From positions 124,015 through 188,014 of the forward strand of contig CAADGG010000013.1 of NCBI GenBank assembly GCA_900696485.1: a stretch of 64,000 bases of DNA, written 5' to 3'. Origin of the DNA: an uncultured Pseudomonadota bacterium (GTDB lineage Bacteria; Myxococcota_A; UBA9160; PR03). Shown here in pieces: positions 1 to 9,086 of this stretch (position 1 is the stretch's first letter; each line of letters starts with the position of its first letter). Below the pieces are notes generated by a model. It did no database searches, was not told the DNA's origin, and was given only the letters and a program-made list of their open reading frames with translations. Position numbers and translations under genes: made by a program.

Positions 1-351
1 ACCGCCGAACTCGCGCAGGTGCTCCGCGCGCTGAGCGAGACGCCGCCCCCGTGCGCCGTGATGGTGCCCTCCCGCGACGGCGGCACCGCGGCGTTGGCGC
101 GGAATCCGCACGACGTCTTTCCGGCGCAGTTCGGGCCCGACAGCGCCCGGGTCCACCGCGCCGCCGCCGCGCAGGCCGGGGTCCCGCTGATCGAGCTTGC
201 GCTGGCCTCGCTCGCCATCGACATCGACGACAAGCAGGATCTGCGCGACTTCGCCGCCGGCCCGGGAGCCGGACCCCGCACCCGGGCCCGACTGGCGGCG
301 CTGGGCCTCGCGCCGGCCGCTTCGACGCCGCGACGAGGCGGAACGGAATGA
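1..351 (+). CDS. cofC: CofC/FbiD-like guanylyltransferase of F420 biosynthesis, C-terminal part (5' end outside window)
   Basis: Frame is open from base 1 (same frame as ORF 19..351). The tail '...FPAQFGPDSARVHRAAA...IDIDDKQDL' resembles the CofC/FbiD C-terminus. Its stop overlaps the next start (ATGA at 348-351), and cofE follows directly. Confidence 0.6.
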   Translation, partial: TAELAQVLRALSETPPPCAVMVPSRDGGTAALARNPHDVFPAQFGPDSARVHRAAAAQAGVPLIELALASLAIDIDDKQDLRDFAAGPGAGPRTRARLAALGLAPAASTPRRGGTE

Positions 352-1106
352 CGGAAACCCCGGACGCCTTGCGCCTCGTCGCGCTGCGCGACCTTCCCGC
401 CGTGCAGCCGGGGGACGACCTTGCTGCCTTGACGCGAGCCGCCGCCGCCGCGCAGGGACTCGTGCTCTCCGGCGGGGTGCTCGTCGTCGCCCAGAAGATC
501 GTTTCGAAGGCCGAGGGGCGCATCGTCCGGCTCGCCGACGTCGAGCCGTCCGCACAGGCCCGGCGGATCGCCGCGGCGAATGACAAGGATCCGCGTCACG
601 TCGAAGTCGTGCTGCGTGAGACCGCCCGGGTGGTCCGCCATGCCCGGGGCATCTGGATCGCCGAGACCCGACACGGTTTTGTGTGTGCCAACGCAGGGGT
701 CGATCTCTCGAACGCCCCCGACGCCGACACCGCCGTCCTGCTGCCGCTCGACCCGGACGCGAGCGCACGACGGCTTCGCGATGATCTCCTCGCAGCCGGC
801 GCCGGGCCGCTCGCGGTGATCGTCTCCGACACCTTCGGGCGTCCGTGGCGCGAGGGGCTCGTCGACGTGGCGCTCGGCAGCGCGGGCCTCGCGCCGTTGG
901 CCGACTGGCGGGGGCGACCCGATCTGGCCGGCCGACCGCTCGAGGTCACGGCCATGGCGCTCGTCGACCAGCTCGCCGCCGCCGCCGGCTTGCTGATGGG
1001 CAAGGACGCCGGTCGACCCGCCGTCTGGATCGAAGGCCTGTGGCCGGCCGGCGACGGCAGCGTCCGGCAACTGCTCCGCGACCGGAGCGGAGACTTGTTC
1101 CGCTAG
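348..1106 (+). CDS. cofE: Coenzyme F420-0:L-glutamate ligase (CofE / FbiB N-terminal domain type)
   Basis: Internal ATG at 348 of ORF 51..1106. 'VVAQKIVSKAEGR...NAGVDLSN...VSDTFGRPWREG...GKDAGRPAVWIEG' is typical of CofE. The upstream part of the ORF is Arg-rich shadow sequence. Confidence 0.85.
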   Translation: MTETPDALRLVALRDLPAVQPGDDLAALTRAAAAAQGLVLSGGVLVVAQKIVSKAEGRIVRLADVEPSAQARRIAAANDKDPRHVEVVLRETARVVRHARGIWIAETRHGFVCANAGVDLSNAPDADTAVLLPLDPDASARRLRDDLLAAGAGPLAVIVSDTFGRPWREGLVDVALGSAGLAPLADWRGRPDLAGRPLEVTAMALVDQLAAAAGLLMGKDAGRPAVWIEGLWPAGDGSVRQLLRDRSGDLFR

Positions 1107-1220
1107 GGTCCTGTCGCGATCGGAACCGGATCACGCCGCTGCGCCGGCGGACCCCCTCCCCGGGGATCCGCGCGCCCGGGGCCGGGCTCCGGCGACGGGA
1201 GGAGCCTCGCCCGGCGCTCT

Positions 1221-2030
1221 ATGCTCGACCCGGTGTCGGACCTCCGCGTGCTCTTCATCCACGGTCTCGAAAGCCACCCGCAGGGCACCAAGGCTCGCGT
1301 GCTCGGCGACCACTTCCGGACCGAGACGCCGGCCATGGACACGCGCGACTTCGAGGCCTGCGTGCAGGTGCAGGCGGCGGCGATCCGGCGCTTTCGCCCG
1401 GACGTCGTCGTCGGTTCGTCGTTCGGCGGCGCCATCGCGGTCGCGTTGCTGCAGCGCGGTCTGTGGCGCGGGCCGACCCTGTTGCTGGCGCAGGCCGCCG
1501 CGCTGCAGGGGCTGCGGCCCGAGCTGCCGACGGGCGTGCGCGTGTGGCTCGCCCATGGGACAGGCGACGACATCGTGCCGCCGGCGGCGAGCCGGCAGCT
1601 GGCGCGGACCGGCTCACCGAGCCTCGTCCGCCTGCTCGAAGTGGATGACGATCACCGGCTCCGCGCGGCCGTCGCGGACGGGCGTCTCGTCACCTGGGTC
1701 CGCGAACTCGCGGCGGCGGAAGCCGCATCGCAGGCCGACGGCGCTTCCCGTCACCTTCGTGTGTTCGTCCAGGAGTCGACACTGTGGCCGGTGCTGATCA
1801 CCGTGATCGTCGGACTCGCTGCGATCCTCGCTTTCGGTCTCAGCACGGCGCTGCGCACCCGCAATCCGCCGCTGCTGCTGGCCGTCGCCGCGCTCGCTGT
1901 CGGCAGTGCGGAGTTCGTCCGCCGCGACTGGCGCGGGAGGCGACCGGGCCTCGTCGGGGGCGCCCTGCTCGGGCTCTGGGCCCTCGCGATCGGGCTGGCC
2001 GTGGGGGCGGGGCGCTACGGCCTGTTCTGA
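1221..2030 (+). CDS. Alpha/beta hydrolase (YqiA-like esterase fold) fused to a C-terminal multi-TM segment
   Basis: 'VLFIHGLES...VVVGSSFGGAIA...HGTGDDIVP' is a Ser-Asp-His hydrolase pattern. The last ~90 aa are hydrophobic helices. Confidence 0.6.
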   Translation: MLDPVSDLRVLFIHGLESHPQGTKARVLGDHFRTETPAMDTRDFEACVQVQAAAIRRFRPDVVVGSSFGGAIAVALLQRGLWRGPTLLLAQAAALQGLRPELPTGVRVWLAHGTGDDIVPPAASRQLARTGSPSLVRLLEVDDDHRLRAAVADGRLVTWVRELAAAEAASQADGASRHLRVFVQESTLWPVLITVIVGLAAILAFGLSTALRTRNPPLLLAVAALAVGSAEFVRRDWRGRRPGLVGGALLGLWALAIGLAVGAGRYGLF

Positions 2031-2659
2031 TCACCAGGTGCCGCGGCGGCACCGGCCTCGATCTGCGCGTCGATCGCGGCCCACAAGGCGTCGATGCCGA
2101 GCTTCGTCTTCGCCGAGGTCAGGAGCACGCGCGCGTCCTCGAGGCCATAGTCCGCCCGCAGCGCCCGCCACCGCACGCCGCGCGCGCCGGCCTTCAGCTT
2201 GTCGCTCTTGGCGAGCGCGACGAGCACCGGGATGCCGCGCTCGGCCAGCCACGCGACGAGATCGCGTTCGTCATCGCCGACGTCGCGGCGCAGATCCTGG
2301 ATCAGCACCGCGGCGCGCAGCGGCGCCCGCGCGGTCAGATAGCTCTCGACGAGGCGCTGCCACGCGGCGCGCTCGCTGCGGGCGACACGCGCGAAACCGT
2401 AGCCGGGCAGATCGACGAACAGCAGCGACGAAACGCGGTCGGCGTCATCGAGCCGTTCGATGCGGAAGAAGTGGAGCGCGCGGGTCTTGCCCGGCGTCGA
2501 CGACACCCGCGCCAGCTCGCGACGTCCGGCCAGGGCATTCAGCAGACTCGACTTGCCGGCATTCGAGCGACCGAGAAACGCGATCTCCGGCAGCTCGTCG
2601 CTCGGAAATCCGGCCGGTCCGACGGCGGTGGCCACGATCCGGGCGTCGCGGATCCTCAC
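2015..2659 (-). CDS. engB: Ribosome biogenesis GTP-binding protein YihA/EngB
   Basis: 'EIAFLGRSNAGKSSLLNAL...SSTPGKTR...VDLPGYGFA...LAKSDKL' gives the G1-G4 motifs. I chose the GTG at 2659 because it overlaps the upstream stop (GTGA). Confidence 0.85.
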   Translation of the reverse strand: MRIRDARIVATAVGPAGFPSDELPEIAFLGRSNAGKSSLLNALAGRRELARVSSTPGKTRALHFFRIERLDDADRVSSLLFVDLPGYGFARVARSERAAWQRLVESYLTARAPLRAAVLIQDLRRDVGDDERDLVAWLAERGIPVLVALAKSDKLKAGARGVRWRALRADYGLEDARVLLTSAKTKLGIDALWAAIDAQIEAGAAAAPGDQNRP

Positions 2660-3831
2660 CGTCCCCTCCCGAGTGCGCGGCCGATCCGCGCCAGCGCCTC
2701 CTCGATCTGCGCATCCGGCGCCGACAACGTGAAACGCAGCCAACCCTCGCCGGCCGCCCCGAAATCGACACCCGGGGTCACGGCGACGTGGGCGCGCTCG
2801 AGCAGATCGAAGGCGAGCCGGCGCGAGTCCGAGTCGAAGGCCCGGGCGTCGGCGAAGACATAGAAGCCGCCTTGCGGCGGCGCCGGCACCCGGAAGCCGA
2901 GCGCCCGAAGCCCGTCGACCAGCAGCGTCCGGCGCCGCTGGTACGCGTCGACCATCGCCTTCCGGGTCGGCTCTCCGCCGGAGAGGGCGGCGATTCCCGC
3001 TCGCTGCACGAAGTGGCTCGCCGAGATGAACAGGCTCTGCTGCATCACCTGCAGCGTGCGCAGCGCCGCCTCATCCGGTGTAATCACGTAGCCGAGCCGG
3101 AAACCGGTCATCGCGTAGCGCTTCGAGAAGCCGTCGAGCACCCACACCGGCGCACCGCACGCGAGCGCCGACGGAGCGTGCGCACCGTCGAAGAGCAGCC
3201 CGTCGTAGATCTCGTCGGCCACCAGCGGGATGCCGAGCTCAGCGAGCGCGCGCAACGTCTCCGCCGTCTGGATCGCGCCGGTGGGGTTCGCCGGCGAGCC
3301 CAGCACGAGGGCGCGCGTGCGCGGCGAGCGTGCCCGCCGCACGGCGTCGACGTCGATCTGCCAGCCCGCCGCGGCCGCATCGTTCGCCGTGGGATCAGCC
3401 CGAACGAACACCGGCGTGCCGCCGCAAAAGCGCACGAAGTTCGGATAACAAGGGTAGTGGGGTGTCGGGATCAGCACTTCGTCGCCCGGCTCGATCAGCG
3501 CGCCGAACACGAGCAGCATGGCGGGCGATGTCCCGCTCGTCACGAGAACGTGTCGGGCGTCGATGGGGACCGCGGCCCGGCGCGACTTGTCGGCGGCGAT
3601 CGCCGCACGCAGCTCGGACAACCCGCGGCTGTCCGTGTAGTGCGTCTCGCCGGCCTCGAGCGCGCGTGCGCAGGCGGCCAGCACCGACGGCGGCGGAGCG
3701 GCGTCGGGCTCACCGAGCTCGAGGTGGAGGATCCGGATGCCGTCGCGCTCCATCTCCTGGGCGCGCTCGAGCACCTCCATCGCCAGAAAGGGCTCGATGA
3801 CCGCGGCCCGTCCGGCGAACGAGTTCATCAT
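2656..3831 (-). CDS. Class I/II pyridoxal-phosphate-dependent aminotransferase (aspartate/aromatic type)
   Basis: 391 aa. 'LGSPANPTG', 'DEIYDGLLFDG' and 'SFSKRYAMTGFRLGY' (PLP lysine motif). Confidence 0.85.
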   Translation of the reverse strand: MMNSFAGRAAVIEPFLAMEVLERAQEMERDGIRILHLELGEPDAAPPPSVLAACARALEAGETHYTDSRGLSELRAAIAADKSRRAAVPIDARHVLVTSGTSPAMLLVFGALIEPGDEVLIPTPHYPCYPNFVRFCGGTPVFVRADPTANDAAAAGWQIDVDAVRRARSPRTRALVLGSPANPTGAIQTAETLRALAELGIPLVADEIYDGLLFDGAHAPSALACGAPVWVLDGFSKRYAMTGFRLGYVITPDEAALRTLQVMQQSLFISASHFVQRAGIAALSGGEPTRKAMVDAYQRRRTLLVDGLRALGFRVPAPPQGGFYVFADARAFDSDSRRLAFDLLERAHVAVTPGVDFGAAGEGWLRFTLSAPDAQIEEALARIGRALGRGR

Positions 3832-4054
3832 GGAAGCGGGCGATAGCTGTGCCCGTTCGACGCGTCAAGCGGGCACGCGGCCGGATCCGCGCCCGCCCGA
3901 GCCGGACGCAGGAACGACGTCCGCCGCCGCCGGACGGCCCGCCGCCGCTGCTCCGTCGCGGCCCTGCGCTGGATGGAAAGCGTCTGCCCGGATGCTAGCT
4001 TGCAAGCGCCCGCTCCTTCGCAGGGTCCCCACTTCGATTCGAGAGGACCTGTCC

Positions 4055-4495
4055 ATGTCCAAAGGCCTGCAAATCGCGCTCGGTGGCCTGTTCGTCGCCG
4101 GTCTCCTCGGTTGGTACGCGGCGACCAACCTCGAGGAGATCGGGACCTTCCAGTACTACCAGACGCTCGCCGAGTTCCGCGATGATTCGCAGAGCGGCCG
4201 GCCGGCGCGCGTCCACGGGTACGTGGCTCCCGGCTCGATCGTGCGCAGCCTCGAAAGCCGCGAGATCCGCTTCGACGTCGTGCAGAACCCGCCTCACGCC
4301 GGCGCGGACACGAGCGGCACCGATCGACTCGCGGTCGTCTTCGGCACGCTCGAGACGCCGGACATGTTCAAAGACGGCGCCGAGGTCGTCGTCGAAGGAC
4401 GTCTGCAGGACGACGCCGTGTTCGTCGCGGACAACGTCATGGCCAAGTGCCCGTCGAAGTTCGAGGCCAAGCAGGCAGAACAGGCGATGTTCTAG
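4055..4495 (+). CDS. ccmE: Cytochrome c-type biogenesis heme chaperone CcmE, Cys-type variant
   Basis: Internal ATG at 4055 of ORF 3737..4495. It has an N-terminal TM anchor and an OB-fold pattern ('RVHGYV.PGSI....REIRFDV...VVFGTLETPDMFKDGAEVVVEGRL'). The C-terminal 'AKCPSKF' replaces the canonical 'AKHDENY'. Confidence 0.85.
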   Translation: MSKGLQIALGGLFVAGLLGWYAATNLEEIGTFQYYQTLAEFRDDSQSGRPARVHGYVAPGSIVRSLESREIRFDVVQNPPHAGADTSGTDRLAVVFGTLETPDMFKDGAEVVVEGRLQDDAVFVADNVMAKCPSKFEAKQAEQAMF

Positions 4496-4498
4496 GCC

Positions 4499-6475
4499 GT
4501 GGCGGAGATCGGCCTCTACGCGCTCCGGATCGCCTTTTTCGCCGCCCTCGCCGGAGTGATCGCCGGCGCGATCGGCGGCGCCAAAGCGCGCGCCGATTGG
4601 GCGCTCGTGGCCCGCCGCGCCGTCTGGATCACGCTGGCGTTCACCAGCCTCGCGACGCTGGCGCTGCTCTGGTGCCTGGTGACCGGCGACTACTCGCTGT
4701 CCTACGTCGCGCGCCACAGCGCCCGCAGCATGAGCTTGCCGTATCGCGTCGCCGCGCTGTGGGGCGGACAAGGCGGATCCCTCCTGTTGTGGGTGCTGAT
4801 CTCGCTGGTCTACGCGGGAGCCGCGGTCTGGATCCACCGGCAATCGCAGCGACGCCTGATGCCCTGGGTCAGCGCCGTCTTGTTGTTGAATGCCCTGTTC
4901 TTCCTGGCGCTCATCAACTGGGTGCCCCATGTGAATCCCTTCGACCGGCTCCCGCCGGAGCAGGTGCTCTCCGACGGCCAGGGTCTCAACCCCCTGCTCC
5001 AGCATCCGCTGATGATCCTCCATCCGGTGATGCTGTACGCAGGTTTCACCGGCTTCTCGGTGCCGTTCGCCTTCGCGGTTGCCGCGCTGATGACCGGACG
5101 CCTCGGTGACGCCTGGCTGCGCGCGACCCGGCGCTGGACGCTCGTGCCGTGGTTCTTTCTCTCGGCCGGCATCCTGATCGGCGGACGCTGGGCGTACGAA
5201 GTCCTCGGGTGGGGGGGGTACTGGGCCTGGGATCCCGTCGAGAACGCCTCCTTCATGCCCTGGCTGCCGGCCACCGCCTATCTGCACTCCGTGATGATCC
5301 AGGAAAAGCGGGACATGCTGAAAACCTGGAACCTGGTGCTGATCGGGATGACCTACGCGCTGTGCCTGTTCGGGACCTTCCTCACGCGCAGTGGCGTGAT
5401 CTCGTCGGTCCATTCCTTCACCGCAGCGGGCTGGTTCGGCTACATCTTCCTGGCCTACGTCGCGCTGCTGTCGCTCGGATTCCTCGGCCTGGTGCTGTGG
5501 CGGCGCGGCTCGCTGCGCACCGAGAACCGTCTCGAGTCGTTGATCTCGCGGGAAGCGAGCTTCGTCATCAACAACTGGGTGTTCATGGTGATCCTGGTGA
5601 TCGTGCTGTGGGGCACCATGTTCCCGGTGCTGTCGGAGGCGGTGCGCGGCACCAAGATCTCCGTCGGCCCGAGCTTCTTCAACCAGCTCACCTGGCCGTT
5701 CGCAGCTCTGCTGTTGCTGCTGACCGGGATCGGCCCGCTGGTGGCGTGGCGGCGCGCATCACTCGAGAGCCTGCGTCGTCAGTTCGTGATTCCGACCGCC
5801 ATCGGCGTCGGGACCGCGATCGTGCTGCTGGTCCTGCTCACGCGGAGCGGGAATCTGTCGATCCACCCGCTGGTGTTCTGGTCGCTCGCGGCCTTCGTGA
5901 CCGCGACGATCGTCCAGGAGTACGCCCGCGCGATCACGGTGCGCATGCGCAACGGCGAGTCCGCGCCTCGCGCGCTCGCCACGCTGCTGCGGAAGAACCA
6001 ACGCCGCTATGGCGGCTATGTCGTGCACCTGGGCGTCGTGTTCATCTTGCTCGGCATCTCGGGCGCGGCCTTCAACGAGGAGCGGCTCGAGAACGTGAGT
6101 CCGGGAGAGGCGGTGGCGATGAACGGCTACCGGCTCGAGTACCTGACCGCCCAGCCGCTGCCGAAGCAGCACTACGGCGGCGCGGTCGCCCGGCTGGCGC
6201 TGTACCAGCACGACGAGCCGCTGGCGGTGATGGTGCCGGAGCGGCGCATGTACTGGCTCGAGCAGCAACCGGCATCGATCCCGTCGGTCTACTCGACGCT
6301 GCGAGAGGATCTTTATGTGATCCTCACCGCCCTCGAGCCCGACGGCTCGGCCACGCTGAAGATCCATCGCAACCCGCTGGTGAACTTCCTGTGGATCGGC
6401 GGCTACACGTTCCTGTTCGGCGCCGTGCTCGTGCTGTGGCCACATCCCGAGCGGCGCGCGCAGCGAGCCGGATGA
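4499..6475 (+). CDS. ccmF: Cytochrome c-type biogenesis heme lyase CcmF
   Basis: 658 aa polytopic protein with the WWD motif 'WGGYWAWDPVENASFMPWL'. GTG start lies 3 nt after the ccmE stop. Confidence 0.9.
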   Translation: MAEIGLYALRIAFFAALAGVIAGAIGGAKARADWALVARRAVWITLAFTSLATLALLWCLVTGDYSLSYVARHSARSMSLPYRVAALWGGQGGSLLLWVLISLVYAGAAVWIHRQSQRRLMPWVSAVLLLNALFFLALINWVPHVNPFDRLPPEQVLSDGQGLNPLLQHPLMILHPVMLYAGFTGFSVPFAFAVAALMTGRLGDAWLRATRRWTLVPWFFLSAGILIGGRWAYEVLGWGGYWAWDPVENASFMPWLPATAYLHSVMIQEKRDMLKTWNLVLIGMTYALCLFGTFLTRSGVISSVHSFTAAGWFGYIFLAYVALLSLGFLGLVLWRRGSLRTENRLESLISREASFVINNWVFMVILVIVLWGTMFPVLSEAVRGTKISVGPSFFNQLTWPFAALLLLLTGIGPLVAWRRASLESLRRQFVIPTAIGVGTAIVLLVLLTRSGNLSIHPLVFWSLAAFVTATIVQEYARAITVRMRNGESAPRALATLLRKNQRRYGGYVVHLGVVFILLGISGAAFNEERLENVSPGEAVAMNGYRLEYLTAQPLPKQHYGGAVARLALYQHDEPLAVMVPERRMYWLEQQPASIPSVYSTLREDLYVILTALEPDGSATLKIHRNPLVNFLWIGGYTFLFGAVLVLWPHPERRAQRAG

Positions 6476-8358
6476 TCGCCGCACGCATCGCCCGCGCGAT
6501 TGCGCTGGGAGGCATCGCGGCGGGGCTCGTCGCGAGCCCGGTGGCGGCCCAGCACGAAGCCGGCGGACCGGCCGGCATCGCAGACGTGCCGGCCGGTCCG
6601 GCAACGATCCGCGGCGTCGTCCGGCATGGCGAGGATCCGGATCGCGCCGCCGGCGTCGAGGTGTTGCTCTATGCGCTGCCGGCGGGTGGCGCCCCGGGGC
6701 TTCGCCGTACCCGCAGCCGCACGGACGGCACGTTCGCGTTCGAGAACATCGCGAACGACACACAGACGGCCTACCTGATCGGCGCGCGCTATCAGGACGT
6801 CCCGTTCCCGGGCGCACGCGTCGGATTCGCGGCCGGCGAACTCGAGAAGACCGGCATCGAGATCCGGATCGGCGAGATCCGCTCGGATTCCACACCGATC
6901 ACGGTCACCGAGGTCGAGCTACGGCTGGCGCCGCGCGGCGGCCAGCTCGCCGTGCTGGAGCGGTACCGACTCCGGAACGACAGCGCGCGCACCGTCTACG
7001 CACCCGCCGCGACACGCTCCGGCGCGGGGCCCGCCCTGGTCACGCGGCTGCCCGCCGGCGCGACCGGCTTCCGCGTCCCGCTCGGTCTCATGCCCGAAGG
7101 GCTGGTCTTCGCGGACGACGAGGTGAGTTTCTACGGCCCGGTGTATCCGTCGGCCTGGGAGACCCCGGGCGCCCAGGACCAAGATGTTTCCTTCGAGTAC
7201 CAGTTGCCCGCATCGCCGGAGGGTGGCATCGATCTGCGCAAGCGATTCCCGGCGGGTGCGGGCCGGGTCGTCGTGCTGGCGCCGGCCGATGCCGATGCGC
7301 CGCGGATCCCGGGCGCTCGCGAAGAGGCGCCGCAGGAAGTCGACGGGCGGACCTGGCGACGCTTCGTGCGCGACGGCATGCCCACCGGCGGCGAGCTCAC
7401 CATCGCGCTCGAGATCCCCGCCCAGCGGATCGACCCGAGTGCCGTCGCACGCAGCGAGGTGCGCATCTTCCTCGAGCTCGACGATGCGGCCTTGCTGGTC
7501 CGCGAGGAGCACCATCTGATCGTCACGGGGGATACGCCGGTGGTCGGCCGCCCCGGCGAACCCCTGCTGTCCCTCGGGATGCCGGAGCACGCGACAGACC
7601 TGCGCTTCGATCCCGCCCTGTTCGAACGGGGCCTCAGCGCCGGCGAGGACGGGGGCGCCGTGTTCGCGGGTCCGTTCCCGCCCGGCGAGAGCAGCATCGA
7701 CATCGCCTACCACCTGCCGATCCCCGATCCGGACGCCGGCGTCCAGTTGGCCCGTCGCTTCGACGCGCCGCTGCCCTTGCTCTCGATCTTCGTGGCCGAC
7801 ACCGGCTTGCACTTCGAATCCGAGCGCCTGCATCGCCGGCGACCGATTGCCACGCCGGACCGCAACTTCCTGCATCTCGAAGCCTTCCAGGTCGACCCGA
7901 ACGAAACCATCCGGCTCTCCCTCGCCCAGCGTCAGGCCCCGGCGACGCCTCCGAGGGCGATCCTCTATCTCTTCGTGGCGCTGACCGCCGGCGTCGCCGT
8001 GGCGTTCCTCGGTGCGCCGCTCGGTCGCGGGCTCGGATCCGAGCCGCTCGAGGAACCGGCCGAGGATGCGGCCCGCCATGATCGCGACGCGGTGTACGGC
8101 GCGCTGCGAGATCTCGAGCACGACCACGAGACCGCCAAGATCTCGGACGACGATTACGCATCGATGCGCCAGGAACTGCGGGCGCGTGCGGCCACCCTGA
8201 TCCGCGAGAGCCGGACGGCGACGCCGAGCGTCGACCCGGCGCCGGCTGCGGCGCCCGCTTGTCCGACCTGCCACGCGGCGACCCGCAGCGGCGACCGTTT
8301 CTGCGCGCAGTGCGGCGGCCGGATCGAGACCGCCAGCCCGCAAGAGGCGTCTGCTTGA
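6472..8358 (+). CDS. Uncharacterised 628-aa protein embedded in the ccm operon: signal peptide, carboxypeptidase-regulatory-like N-domain, large periplasmic region, one C-proximal TM, cytoplasmic zinc ribbon
   Basis: ATG at 6472 overlaps the ccmF stop (ATGA). Features seen: 'IALGGIAAGLVASPVAAQ' signal; 'IRGVVRHG...VEVLLYAL...TDGTFAFENI'; TM 'AILYLFVALTAGVAVAFLGA'; C-terminal 'CPTCHAATRSGDRFCAQCGG'. The 5149..6471 part of the track ORF is a shadow frame inside ccmF. Confidence 0.6.
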   Translation: MIAARIARAIALGGIAAGLVASPVAAQHEAGGPAGIADVPAGPATIRGVVRHGEDPDRAAGVEVLLYALPAGGAPGLRRTRSRTDGTFAFENIANDTQTAYLIGARYQDVPFPGARVGFAAGELEKTGIEIRIGEIRSDSTPITVTEVELRLAPRGGQLAVLERYRLRNDSARTVYAPAATRSGAGPALVTRLPAGATGFRVPLGLMPEGLVFADDEVSFYGPVYPSAWETPGAQDQDVSFEYQLPASPEGGIDLRKRFPAGAGRVVVLAPADADAPRIPGAREEAPQEVDGRTWRRFVRDGMPTGGELTIALEIPAQRIDPSAVARSEVRIFLELDDAALLVREEHHLIVTGDTPVVGRPGEPLLSLGMPEHATDLRFDPALFERGLSAGEDGGAVFAGPFPPGESSIDIAYHLPIPDPDAGVQLARRFDAPLPLLSIFVADTGLHFESERLHRRRPIATPDRNFLHLEAFQVDPNETIRLSLAQRQAPATPPRAILYLFVALTAGVAVAFLGAPLGRGLGSEPLEEPAEDAARHDRDAVYGALRDLEHDHETAKISDDDYASMRQELRARAATLIRESRTATPSVDPAPAAAPACPTCHAATRSGDRFCAQCGGRIETASPQEASA

Positions 8359-9086
8359 GCCAGGGCGCGAGCGTCCCCGCACCGGCCCTTGCGGCGTACG
8401 GGCTCGCCAAGCGCTTCGGTCCCGTCGTCGCGCTGGCCGGCGTCGATTTCACGGTCGCGGCCGGTCGTGTGCTCGCGGTGCTGGGGCCCAATGGCGCCGG
8501 CAAGAGCACGCTGCTGCGGATCCTGGCCGGCCTCACGCGACCGAGCGCCGGACACGTCTCGCTGGGGACCGAGTCCGGACGCCCGGGCGATCGACGGCAC
8601 GAGCGCGGGCGCGTCGGCTACGTCGGACACGCGACGTTCTTGTATCCGAGTCTCAGCGCCCGCGAGAACCTGGTCTTCGCCGCTCGTCTCTACGGCGTCG
8701 CGGATCCTCGCGCGCGCGCCGCGACGCTGCTCGCCGAGCAGGGGCTGACGGCGATCGCCGAACGTGCGGCCGGCTCCTTCTCGCGCGGGCAGGCCCAACG
8801 GCTCGCCATCGCGCGCGGCCTGGTCCACGACCCCCCGGTCGTGCTGCTCGACGAACCCTTCACCGGCCTCGATCCGACCTCGGCCGACCGATTGGGGGCC
8901 GGCCTCCGCGCGCTCGCCGACAGCGGGCGCGCCGTCGTCCTGGTCACGCACGACCTCGCCCAGGCGGCCGTCCTCGGCGACCGCGCACTGCTGCTGGTGC
9001 GCGGGAGGATCGCCTTCGACTCGGGTCCGACGCGTGCCGATGCCGGAACGCTCGCGGCCGCCTGGCGCGAGGCGGCGGCGGCGTGA
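8355..9086 (+). CDS. ccmA: Heme exporter ATP-binding protein CcmA (ABC ATPase)
   Basis: Walker A 'GPNGAGKSTL', signature 'FSRGQAQRLAIA', Walker B 'VVLLDEP'. I preferred the TTG at 8355 (TTGA overlap with the upstream stop) over the TTG at 8259. Confidence 0.8.
   Translation: MSQGASVPAPALAAYGLAKRFGPVVALAGVDFTVAAGRVLAVLGPNGAGKSTLLRILAGLTRPSAGHVSLGTESGRPGDRRHERGRVGYVGHATFLYPSLSARENLVFAARLYGVADPRARAATLLAEQGLTAIAERAAGSFSRGQAQRLAIARGLVHDPPVVLLDEPFTGLDPTSADRLGAGLRALADSGRAVVLVTHDLAQAAVLGDRALLLVRGRIAFDSGPTRADAGTLAAAWREAAAA

Noticed and set aside
1906-3846. 646-aa + strand ORF, and other long ORFs across 2-4 kb.
   Set aside because: It lies antisense to, or out of frame with, the well-supported engB and aminotransferase genes. 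The product is extremely Arg/Pro/Gly/Ala-rich with no motifs, which is the typical shadow ORF of high-GC DNA.
3995-5413. 472-aa minus-strand ORF opposite ccmE and ccmF.
   Set aside because: It is a shadow frame of ccmE/ccmF, which carry diagnostic motifs. The composition is low complexity.
5149-6471. N-terminal 441 codons of track ORF 5149..8358.
   Set aside because: This part lies inside ccmF in another frame and is Arg/Pro-rich. The credible gene starts at the ATG at 6472, with a signal peptide and an ATGA overlap to ccmF.
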